Part shown: positions 51,480 through 59,913 of the stretch, piece by piece | Layout of the letters: each line of letters opens with the position of its first letter | How positions within the stretch are numbered: position 1 is the stretch's first letter | Assembly: GCA_964406615.1 (NCBI GenBank) | Contig: CAYOSI010000008.1 | Location: forward strand, 4,031 to 68,030 | Direction: 5' to 3' | DNA from: an uncultured Oscillospiraceae bacterium | GTDB taxonomy: Bacteria > Bacillota > Clostridia > Oscillospirales > Oscillospiraceae | Length of the DNA stretch: 64,000 nucleotides | Notes under the pieces: model-generated | The model's input: the letters and a program-made list of their open reading frames with translations, nothing else | Told to the model about the DNA's origin: nothing | Database searches by the model: none | Program-made: the position numbers and the translations under genes

Positions 51480-53060
51480 ATGAAAAAAGCGCTTGTTTGG
51501 CTGCTGATCGCCGCTATGCTGCTGGCAGGCTCTGCGGCGTTCGCGTCGGAGGAGCCGGATGCGGAAACGTCGGCCTCGATACCCGCTGATGCGGAAACCT
51601 CGGCAACTGCCGTGGTAGACGCGGAGACGGGAGCGAGCCTGAAGGGACAGGCCTATGTGGACGCGTTGACGGCGGCAAGTCCCAACGTTACCGGGACGAT
51701 CGATCTTGAGTCCCTGAACGCGGTATCGGGCGGGACTTGGTCGGACGGGTCGACGCCTCTTCTCGTGGGCGCGGCGGTCCGGGATGTGACGCCTACCAAG
51801 GAAAACGACCTTTTGCCGATGCCCGGTCTCGGGCGTTTGGCTCCGGATTTTGTCGGTGTTATCAATCCCATCCACTCCCGCGTGATCGCGTTCGCTATGG
51901 GAGAGACTCGCGCTCTGCTGATCTGCACGGAATCCGGCAAGGGCCCGCTGGGCGACCAGTTTGCGGAACGGATCAGCGAGCACACCGGGATCCCTGTGGA
52001 GGCGATCTTCTTCACCTCGACGCTCTCCCATGCCGCGCCGGAGGTGTCCCGGGGCAATCTGACGCTGGATCAGTCGCCGGACGACGGGAACGACATCAAA
52101 TGGGCGCGTATGACCTTGGAGCTGATCTGCGACGCGGCAGATGAGGCGCTGGCGAACATGCAGCCCGCGACGGCTTATATCGGCTATGGCGAGAGCTATG
52201 TCAACGTGAACACGATCTATCCCTATACGCTGGAAGAGGACGGCTCAACGATCAATGCCATGGGCTACAACCTTGCCGGCGATACGGACCCGACTCTGGT
52301 TGTGATCCGCTTTGACGACGCAAGCGGCGATCCCATCGCGTTCATCGTGAACTATGCCTGCCACGGGACCACCATGACCGGCAACTCCGCGTACTATGGC
52401 GCTACCGGCATCGACCCCGATTTCTGCGGTCAGATCTCTATGCTGCTGGAGGAAAAATACGACGGCGCGGTGGCTTTGTATACGGCGGGGGCCGCGGGCG
52501 ATCTCGGCCCGTTCATCTCCAATCAGATCATCTATCCCGATCCCTATACCGGGGAATATGTGACGGTCTATGCCAGCGATACGCTGCTCCGGGACGAGGT
52601 GGCGTTCATGCAGTATAACGACATCAAGCAGGTCCTGAAAAACGGCATGGAGAAGGTCGACGTGGATGTGGTGGCGTATGCGGAGGACGCGACGCTGCTG
52701 CCCGGCGAGGATGGAAAGGACGGTGTGCCGCTCTCGCTGCAGCTTCTCCGCGTGGGAGACATAGCGTTCATTGGCACGACGGGAGAGCTGTACCACTCCA
52801 TCGGCGCGTATATCCGCGAGAACTCGACCCTGCCCTATACGGTGATCGTGGACAATACCTGGAACTGGGAAAACGCCCGCACGGGCTACATACCCGACGA
52901 CGCGGGCCTTATGACCTACGACGCGAAGGGGGTTCTCGGCCTGGGCGGCAGCCCCGGGTATGCCGTGGGAACAGTAAACCCGTATCTGTCGGCGCTGACA
53001 AACAAGCTCATTGCCGATACAGAGCCAACCCCTGCCTCGGCGTCCGGCGATCCTTCATGA
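51480..53060 (+). CDS. secreted neutral/alkaline-ceramidase-like hydrolase
   Basis: ATG at 51480 follows AGGAGAG. It has a signal peptide ...AAFA/SEE, then VGAAVRDVTP, PIHSRVIAFA, NYACHGTTM and AGAAGDLGP. Confidence 0.6.
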   Translation: MKKALVWLLIAAMLLAGSAAFASEEPDAETSASIPADAETSATAVVDAETGASLKGQAYVDALTAASPNVTGTIDLESLNAVSGGTWSDGSTPLLVGAAVRDVTPTKENDLLPMPGLGRLAPDFVGVINPIHSRVIAFAMGETRALLICTESGKGPLGDQFAERISEHTGIPVEAIFFTSTLSHAAPEVSRGNLTLDQSPDDGNDIKWARMTLELICDAADEALANMQPATAYIGYGESYVNVNTIYPYTLEEDGSTINAMGYNLAGDTDPTLVVIRFDDASGDPIAFIVNYACHGTTMTGNSAYYGATGIDPDFCGQISMLLEEKYDGAVALYTAGAAGDLGPFISNQIIYPDPYTGEYVTVYASDTLLRDEVAFMQYNDIKQVLKNGMEKVDVDVVAYAEDATLLPGEDGKDGVPLSLQLLRVGDIAFIGTTGELYHSIGAYIRENSTLPYTVIVDNTWNWENARTGYIPDDAGLMTYDAKGVLGLGGSPGYAVGTVNPYLSALTNKLIADTEPTPASASGDPS

Positions 53061-53099
53061 AATCAATAAAAGAAAACATATTATTTTGGAGGTAAGAAA

Positions 53100-53864
53100 A
53101 TGAAGAAAGTGATTTCCCTGTGCCTTGCGCTACTGATGATCGCGGCTCTCACTGCCTGCGGCGCGAAGGACGAAGTTGTTGTTGAAGCCCCGCTGGCTGA
53201 AGAAGCGCCTGCAGCTGCTCCCGCAGAACCCGCCGCCCCGGCGGCTCCCGCGGAGGAAGCCGTTCCTGCGGCTCCCGAGGCGCCTGTCGTGGAGCCTGCG
53301 GCACCCGCGTCCAGTGAGCCGGATATGCGCTCGGATGTCGGCGCTGTGACGACGTGGAAGAACTATATCAAGGGCTTTGTGGCGAGCAACGCCCCCAGCG
53401 CGGCGGAGGCCGAGAGCATCTCTCAGCAGATCGATGACGCTGCCACGGTGGATGAGGTGGAGTCGATCTTCGAGGTCACCGTCCTGTTCGACAATCTTGG
53501 CGTGCTGCGCTTTGACGATTGGATGGCCCAGAACGGCGGAGCTTCCAGCGAGACGGGCAGCGGTCCTGTACCGCCCGCGGAACCTCTGACCGGCGGCGCG
53601 AGCAAGGAATCGACGAATACCGCTCATGGCGGGACGCCGGGTGCGACCTCGGAGGAGGATTACAAGGCCTATCTGAAGGCGTGGCTCGCTGCGGACCGTG
53701 AAGTTGAGACGCACCTGACGGACGCGATCATTGACGGCTTCATCGAGAAGATCGACGCCGGGAAATACGACGAGTCCCCGGTGGACATGCTCTTCAACGG
53801 CATGATGGAGACCGGCGTAGCCATGACCTACGAGGAATTTGTCGCCGCGAACGGCGTGTATTGA
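53100..53864 (+). CDS. lipoprotein of unknown function with Ala/Pro-rich linker
   Basis: Lipobox ALTAC, then an (A/P/E)-rich tract, followed by a globular C-terminal region. Confidence 0.7.
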   Translation: MKKVISLCLALLMIAALTACGAKDEVVVEAPLAEEAPAAAPAEPAAPAAPAEEAVPAAPEAPVVEPAAPASSEPDMRSDVGAVTTWKNYIKGFVASNAPSAAEAESISQQIDDAATVDEVESIFEVTVLFDNLGVLRFDDWMAQNGGASSETGSGPVPPAEPLTGGASKESTNTAHGGTPGATSEEDYKAYLKAWLAADREVETHLTDAIIDGFIEKIDAGKYDESPVDMLFNGMMETGVAMTYEEFVAANGVY

Positions 53865-53880
53865 TTGTTTCGCGATTCGG

Positions 53881-53910
53881 AAAGAGAGGGCTTTCCTGCC
53901 CTCTCTTTTC
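53881..53910 (+). terminator. intrinsic terminator
   Basis: AAAGAGAGGGC-TTTCCT-GCCCTCTCTTT followed by TC. Confidence 0.6.
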
Positions 53911-53934
53911 GGTATGGTAAAGAAAAGGAGAAAA

Positions 53935-54747
53935 ATGATGAAAAGAATGATTGCATTGGTGTTGGCCCTCGCTCTGTGCGCCGCTCTCGGAACGGCGGCT
54001 GCTGCATCTGGAGAGGCATCCTTCAGCGAGCCGATCACAGTAACGGAAATCAACGAGATGGTCGCGGCTGCGGGAAATGCAAGTGCCCTTCATCTGGTAT
54101 ACAGTCAGATCGCAAATGCCTATAATGCCGGCTCTATGCTGGATGAGAACGGAGAGGAGATGCCTGCCGACCCTGCGAAGGCGGCGGAATACTTCCTTCT
54201 GGCGGGTGCGACCGGCGACGGATACGATTATGTCGAGGCAGGCCAGCTCTACGAGCAGGGGCTCGTGACCGGCGAACCGGATTACACCGCGGCGATGGAT
54301 TGCTATATCCTGGCGGCAGGAGCGAGCAATTCCTCCTGCAAGGGAGTGCGCAACATCGGACAGTGGTATGACAATGGAAACGATTTCGTGGAACGCGATC
54401 CCCGAATCGCTGCGGCATGGTATGTCTGGGCGATCATGCTGGACGACGCTTCCTCCTGCTATTACCTCGGGAATCTATATCAGCAGGGCGACATCACATG
54501 GGACGGGAAGCCGGATTACGCCGCCGCAGCGAAATACTATCAGATGGCCGCGGATAAAAACAATGACAGCGCCACCGGTGTGGCGAAAGCGCTCTACTGG
54601 CTCGGGTACTTCTATGAAAACGGCCTCGGCGTCGATATGAATACCGATATTGCGCTCACTCTCTATGAGCGGGCGGCGGCAGCGGGAGAGGTCAAGCTGG
54701 AGGAACTGTATAACCGGGCGGTCACAGCGGTGGAGCGGCTCGGCTGA
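53935..54747 (+). CDS. secreted Sel1-like repeat (TPR-like) protein
   Basis: ATG at 53935 follows AAAGGAG. It has a signal peptide and repeated A..(Y/W)...A...G...A...LG..Y..G units. Confidence 0.75.
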   Translation: MMKRMIALVLALALCAALGTAAAASGEASFSEPITVTEINEMVAAAGNASALHLVYSQIANAYNAGSMLDENGEEMPADPAKAAEYFLLAGATGDGYDYVEAGQLYEQGLVTGEPDYTAAMDCYILAAGASNSSCKGVRNIGQWYDNGNDFVERDPRIAAAWYVWAIMLDDASSCYYLGNLYQQGDITWDGKPDYAAAAKYYQMAADKNNDSATGVAKALYWLGYFYENGLGVDMNTDIALTLYERAAAAGEVKLEELYNRAVTAVERLG

Positions 54748-54811
54748 GATAAGTAAATCAAAACTTCGCGTTCATTCATTAAAAGCATCAACACGAAGAA
54801 GGAGCAACACT

Positions 54812-56107
54812 ATGAAAATCGTAACAAGAATTATCCTGTCTCTGATTATGGCGTCTGCCTTGATAATGTCTGTTGCAGTAAACGCCTCCGCAGCAGAACC
54901 GGCTGGGGACCATATCATATCCGTGACGGCGATTACCCAGGTTTTCGGAGACGGAATGAAGGCTTCGGCGGCGGCGATCGAATATGACGCCGATATCGCC
55001 CCCGATTCGGTCAGCGCGGAGGACTATGCGATCGACGGATATGAGGTTATCGGTGCGTTTGTGAACGGCGAGGCCGCGCTGGCGGAAGAAAGCGGTGAGG
55101 GCCCGTTCGTCATCGTTGTGCTGGACACCTCGACGGTGCAGGGCTCGAATTACGTCGGCATGGGCGGCGGAGCATCCGGAGGGAGAGGGAAAAGAGCCTC
55201 CGGCGAGATGGGCGGTTCGTCCGAGATCACGCTCTCTGTTGTTCAAGCCGGCGAGGTCAGTACAGCAAAAGGGCAGGTCTATTCTGGAAACAATACGGAA
55301 TATGTAACGGCTGCCGAGGAGAATATCAATCTGGTTTTCGATGATTTTCAGCAGCTGGTGTTTGAGAGCGAGTACGGCGATTTTATGTACAACCTCTATG
55401 TTCCCGCGGAGTATGACGAGAGCGAAAGCTATCCCATGGTGCTGTTTATGCCGGACGCGACCGGCAACGGCTCCAATCCGGTAAAGACGCTGATCCAGGG
55501 CAATGGCGCGATCATCTGGGCACAACCGGAAAACCAAGAGGAAAATACCTGCTTTGTCCTTGCACCCCAGTTTGAAGACACGGCCTACGATGTGGAAATG
55601 ACCTTCGCGCTGATCGACGAGCTTCTGGATGAGTACAGCATCGATCCGAATCGCCTCTATGTTACCGGGCAGTCTGCCGGGACCATCCGTGCCATCACGA
55701 TGATGATCGAGCAGCCGGATCGTTTCGCGGCAGCTATGCTGGTAGCAGGTCAGGCGGAAAACGGTTATGAGAATCGTATCTCCGAATTGTCCGGTCAAAC
55801 CATTTGGATGATTGCGTCCACCGGCGACGTGCGGGCGCTGCCCGGTATGACTGCCATTATGGAGGCTGTGGCGGAAAAAGGAACGGAGACCACCGAAGGC
55901 GCGTGGAGTGCCAAGCTTCCCATCGCGGAGCAGAACGCCAAGGCGGAGGTAATGACTGAGGCGGGCACAAGCTTCTATTTCACAGTGCTGGATGATGTGC
56001 TCCCTGACGGCGCGGAGGATAGTGATGCTACCTGGCACATGAACACCTGGCGCGTCGCGTATGAAATTGACGCCATTCGCGCCTGGGTTTTTGAACAGAG
56101 TAAATAG
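54812..56107 (+). CDS. secreted esterase: Ig-like N-terminal domain + Gly-rich hinge + alpha/beta-hydrolase (COG4099-type)
   Basis: ATG at 54812 follows GAAGGAG. It has a signal peptide ...VNASA, then YNLYVPAEYDESESYPMVLFMPDATG and GQSAG. Confidence 0.8.
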   Translation: MKIVTRIILSLIMASALIMSVAVNASAAEPAGDHIISVTAITQVFGDGMKASAAAIEYDADIAPDSVSAEDYAIDGYEVIGAFVNGEAALAEESGEGPFVIVVLDTSTVQGSNYVGMGGGASGGRGKRASGEMGGSSEITLSVVQAGEVSTAKGQVYSGNNTEYVTAAEENINLVFDDFQQLVFESEYGDFMYNLYVPAEYDESESYPMVLFMPDATGNGSNPVKTLIQGNGAIIWAQPENQEENTCFVLAPQFEDTAYDVEMTFALIDELLDEYSIDPNRLYVTGQSAGTIRAITMMIEQPDRFAAAMLVAGQAENGYENRISELSGQTIWMIASTGDVRALPGMTAIMEAVAEKGTETTEGAWSAKLPIAEQNAKAEVMTEAGTSFYFTVLDDVLPDGAEDSDATWHMNTWRVAYEIDAIRAWVFEQSK

Positions 56108-56252
56108 CATTACGTTAAGCGCCTGATTTGATCGAATAGATTGTGCGATTAACGTATGCAGATCAAATCTCATAACATGAATTATCATATAGGGATTTGA
56201 GCACGTATACGATGGCAGACAGCCGATACAAATATCAGAAAGAGGAACTGCA

Positions 56253-58067
56253 ATGGCACACAAAAAGTTCACCGCTATTCTTCTGACCCTTATCATGCTT
56301 TCGGGGCTGACGCCGACAGCCCTTGCTTCAGGGGAGGTAATGCGCGATGCGTCTGACTATGTGGGCAGCATCGACAATGCGAATATCGACCCAACGCTGT
56401 ATCTCGATTACTCCGCAGGCATTGAGGCGGGCGTATATCACTGGATCCTGAGTGAAGACGGCTCTTACTACACGCTGACTGCCGTGAACGAGGAGGGCAA
56501 CGCTGCATCGGCGGTTGAGGCGGAGACAACTGTTGACGCGCCCATGGAGGAATCCACAGAGACTGGGAGCGGATCCGGTGAAGCCAGTCGAGGCTCCGGC
56601 GAGGCCAGCAGAGGAGCGGCTTATGACGGCGTTTATATGAGTGCCAATGTCACAAATCCTTCGTATCAAACCATGCTTATTTATGTTCCCGCAGCATATT
56701 TGACAATTGATGAAGACGGGGTTGTGACCGGTATCGATCATGATGCTCAGGCAGGAAACTATACGGCGGATACAGCGCCTATTATATATGCCAATGAGTG
56801 CGTTGGGTGGCGTTCCAGCACGCCTCGCTCGTGCGATACATCATACATCAGGCAGGGAATGATCTATGTGGCTGCTGGCGCGCGAAGCCGAGGAGCAACG
56901 GATGAGAATGGTATTCCTTCCGGCAAAGCGCCAACACAGGTGGTGGATCTCAAGGCCGGCGTGATTGAGCTCAGAGCGAACGCGGACGTGATCCCTGGCA
57001 ATAAAGACCGCGTCGTTTCCATCGGGACCTCCGGCGGTGGGGAGATGAGCTCTATTTTCGGCGCCAGCGGCAATATGCCGGAGTATTTCGAATACATGTA
57101 CGAATCCGGTGTGCTGGGTGTGACAAAAAACGCAGATGGTACTTATACCAGCGCATACCCGGACAACGTTTTTGCGGCGCAGTGCTTTTGCCCCATTGCG
57201 GACATCGAGGACGCCGACATTGCTTATGCCTGGTGGTGGGTCGATCTGGCGGATGACGGAGGGGTATACAACAGCACAATAACAGACTTTGAGCGCCGAC
57301 TGCAGGAGCTGGAGGCTGACGCTTTCGTGGAGTATCTGAACAGCCTCGGCCTGAGCGATACGGATGGGAACACCCTGACGCTGGACAGCCTGCGTTCCGG
57401 CAGCTTCTATGACGCGATATTACAGAATCTTACTGATGCTCTCAATGCCATGGTCGAGGCTGGAAGCATTGATCCTGAGGCCGCTTATTCCGATCACACA
57501 AATTGGCTCACGCAGGACGCAGATGGTGTGTGGCATATCACGGATCTGCGAGGATTTATGATCGGAACAGGGCTTGTGAATAATCGCAATAAGGCGATAC
57601 CCGGCTTTGATAAGATGGACAAATCCGCAGAGAACAATGCTTTTGGGACCGCAGATGAGGAAGCCGTCCATTACTCCATCAGCGTCGCGCAGATCCTCTC
57701 CGACAATTACGAGGAACTCTCCAAACTGGAAGGCTTCAACGCTAAGCAGGTGGATAATTACATCGATGAGGCGCTGACAGGCAGTGAGGCGCAGGATATT
57801 GCGGAGCAGGTCAATCTCATGAACGCCACGGAGATCCTGCTGGGCTATGACGGGCTTTCCGCCGTGGATCCCGCGCAGCATTGGCGCGTGCGCAGCGGCA
57901 CCGCAGATCAGCACACCTCCTTCACCATCGGTTATAATCTCTGTCTCGCGGCGCAATCGCGCGGCCTGGATGCCGACTACCATCTTGTATGGAATATGGG
58001 CCATGGCTCCAACGAGGGCTCTTCCACCGGCACCTTTATCGACTGGGTCAACGAGATCTGCGCATAA
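56253..58067 (+). CDS. secreted tannase-like alpha/beta hydrolase (paralog of 49621..51456)
   Basis: Signal peptide ...PTALA/SGE. SIGTSGGGEMSSIFGASGN...AQCFCPIADIEDADIAYAWWW. The Ser codon is at 57030-57032. Confidence 0.65.
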   Translation: MAHKKFTAILLTLIMLSGLTPTALASGEVMRDASDYVGSIDNANIDPTLYLDYSAGIEAGVYHWILSEDGSYYTLTAVNEEGNAASAVEAETTVDAPMEESTETGSGSGEASRGSGEASRGAAYDGVYMSANVTNPSYQTMLIYVPAAYLTIDEDGVVTGIDHDAQAGNYTADTAPIIYANECVGWRSSTPRSCDTSYIRQGMIYVAAGARSRGATDENGIPSGKAPTQVVDLKAGVIELRANADVIPGNKDRVVSIGTSGGGEMSSIFGASGNMPEYFEYMYESGVLGVTKNADGTYTSAYPDNVFAAQCFCPIADIEDADIAYAWWWVDLADDGGVYNSTITDFERRLQELEADAFVEYLNSLGLSDTDGNTLTLDSLRSGSFYDAILQNLTDALNAMVEAGSIDPEAAYSDHTNWLTQDADGVWHITDLRGFMIGTGLVNNRNKAIPGFDKMDKSAENNAFGTADEEAVHYSISVAQILSDNYEELSKLEGFNAKQVDNYIDEALTGSEAQDIAEQVNLMNATEILLGYDGLSAVDPAQHWRVRSGTADQHTSFTIGYNLCLAAQSRGLDADYHLVWNMGHGSNEGSSTGTFIDWVNEICA

Positions 58068-58080
58068 AAACGAAAGGACC

Positions 58081-58109
58081 TTGCATTCTTCTCCGGCATC
58101 CGATATAAT
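58081..58109 (+). promoter_or_regulatory. sigma-70-like promoter for the DUF2798 gene
   Basis: TTGCAT, a 17-nt spacer, then TATAAT. Confidence 0.5.
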
Positions 58110-58221
58110 GATCGGCGGAAAAGGCAAGACCTTTGGAAACCGGAAATAAGTCGTATGCGGCGTAGTCTGTTTCGTCAGGCTGCGCCGTTTCTTCATACTT
58201 AGTTTTCGGAGGTATCGTAAA

Positions 58222-58746
58222 ATGCCAAAAACCAAAGGACAGGGGATCATGTTCGGTGTCATCATGTCGTATGCCATGGCCATCGGGATGGAGGTGTACA
58301 ACATTGCCATCAAAATGGGCTTCAGCCTGAACATCGGCGGGCTGTCCTCCATGACGAACGCTGTGTTCCCTGCGGCGCTGGTAGAAGCGTCGTACATGGG
58401 TCTGTTTGTGTTCCTGTTCTCCAATCTCTGGGGCAACCGGGCCGGGGCGGCCTTCGCGGCAAAGCACACCGATCCGGAAAAGGACAATCCGTATTTTTGC
58501 CAGCTCATGCGGCAGGCGGGGACGGTGGCGGTCATGTGTCCCACCATGAGTCTCGTGGCCTCGATCCTGTTCAATGTGATTCTGGCGAGGCAGCCGGTGA
58601 CGCAGCTCCCGGCCATCTGGGTGGGGACGGTGTTCAAGAACTTCCCCATGGCGTTTTTCTGGAATATGTTCGCCGCCGCGCCGTTTTCCCGCTGGCTGTT
58701 CAGCCTGGTGTATCGGGAATATCAGGAGACGAAAACAGAGTCATAA
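58222..58746 (+). CDS. DUF2798-like membrane protein
   Basis: MPKTKGQGIMFGVIMSYAMAIGMEVYN... RBS GGAGG. Paralog of 23059..23535 and 58918..59625. Confidence 0.7.
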   Translation: MPKTKGQGIMFGVIMSYAMAIGMEVYNIAIKMGFSLNIGGLSSMTNAVFPAALVEASYMGLFVFLFSNLWGNRAGAAFAAKHTDPEKDNPYFCQLMRQAGTVAVMCPTMSLVASILFNVILARQPVTQLPAIWVGTVFKNFPMAFFWNMFAAAPFSRWLFSLVYREYQETKTES

Positions 58747-58750
58747 CGCC

Positions 58751-58780
58751 TTGACAAATCGCGCAAACGCCCGATATAAT
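58751..58780 (+). promoter_or_regulatory. sigma-70-like promoter for the second DUF2798 gene
   Basis: TTGACA, an 18-nt spacer, then TATAAT. Confidence 0.55.
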
Positions 58781-58917
58781 GTCACGAAAAATCAAATACA
58801 GCTGTGAACGACACATGTAGCGCCCGGCGCGTAAATCTGATTACGGTACACCATGATCGGAGGCGGGGCCGCTGCCTGTGTCGTTTATTGTTTTGAATGA
58901 GAAAGTGAGGAGTTATT

Positions 58918-59625
58918 ATGCCAAGAAATCAGTTTCAACGTATGTTTTTTGCCTTTGTCACCGTGGTCATCACGGTGCACGCCTACGTGTTCTACAGCCT
59001 GTATGTGGTGAACGGGAACACGCTCATGCAAATCACAGGTGCGTCCAGTGTCCTTGGTGCGATCCGCGCCCAAGGCGGCGTGTATATGTTTGGACGGATG
59101 CTGCCCATCTGGGCGGTCATCCTGGTGGAATTCTGCCTAGCCTTCGCACTGGAAAACCTCGTGGGAAGCCCGGCCTCCTTCAAACTCGCCTGCCGGGTGT
59201 TCAATCCTCAGAAGAACCATCCCATGATGTTTGAAACGGCCATCATCTGCGCCACGGTGGGCATCATGTGCCCGGCCATGAGCCTCATCGCCGCGGGGCT
59301 GTACTATCCGTACTATGCCGGGTTCAACCTCTGGACGTTTCTGGCAAACTGGCTGAAGCTGGTGTGCTTCAATTTCCCCTTCGCGTATTTTACCCAACTG
59401 TTCTTCATCCAGCCGGCGGTGCGGACGATCTTCAAGCTGGTGTTCCGCAGGGATATCAAAGCCCGTGCCCGGGAGGCCCGGCAGAAGGAGCAGAGCGGCA
59501 AAAAGCTCATGCCGGAAAACGAGGCGGACGCTGTGGCGGACATCTTCAAGCGGATTGACGAGATCAAGGAGGAACTGCGGGAGGAGATCGTCGAGAGTCT
59601 CATGGAGTCTCGGGATAAGAAATAA
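58918..59625 (+). CDS. DUF2798-like membrane protein with charged C-terminal tail
   Basis: MPRNQFQRMFFAFVTVVITVHAYVFYS... RBS GAGGAG. The C-terminal ~55 aa are Lys/Glu/Arg-rich. Confidence 0.7.
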   Translation: MPRNQFQRMFFAFVTVVITVHAYVFYSLYVVNGNTLMQITGASSVLGAIRAQGGVYMFGRMLPIWAVILVEFCLAFALENLVGSPASFKLACRVFNPQKNHPMMFETAIICATVGIMCPAMSLIAAGLYYPYYAGFNLWTFLANWLKLVCFNFPFAYFTQLFFIQPAVRTIFKLVFRRDIKARAREARQKEQSGKKLMPENEADAVADIFKRIDEIKEELREEIVESLMESRDKK

Positions 59626-59800
59626 ATAACTCAGATGAAAAGCGTCTGCGCGAAGTTGGGGCCCTGCCAATTCCCGGGCGTGCAGGGGGATCGCCACCGC
59701 AGAGGAGACAGAAGGATCACCCGGAAAGCAGTGGCGAGATATCGTGATATGATGTTGGGAAGTGACTGGTCTTGAGGAAAGCTCGATCTCGCAATAAAAC

Positions 59801-59845
59801 CCATGGAGGACATCGTTCGATCGACGGTGTCCTCCATGGATTTTT
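59801..59845 (+). terminator. long hairpin terminator near the element's right end
   Basis: CCATGGAGGACA...TGTCCTCCATGG followed by ATTTTT. Confidence 0.6.
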
Positions 59846-59861
59846 CATATCAGGCGCAGGT

Positions 59862-59879
59862 GGTGTAAAAGTGGTGTAT
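59862..59879 (+). repeat. two GGTGTA(A/T) repeats spaced 11 nt (right-end arm-type sites)
   Basis: GGTGTAAAAGTGGTGTAT. The 12-mer AAAAGTGGTGTA is shared with 12937-12948 and 19544-19555. Confidence 0.55.
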
Positions 59880-59913
59880 TATTGCACGATTTTACTGAAA
59901 AAGGTCAGTATTT

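Noticed and set aside
46712-58649. Minus-strand ORFs 46712..48142, 49825..51357, 54788..56296 and 57420..58649 (400-510 aa each), and 40907..42094 just upstream
   Set aside because: Each runs antisense to a plus-strand gene with clear catalytic or ABC motifs and proper RBS and signal peptides. They are artefacts of GC-rich antisense frames.
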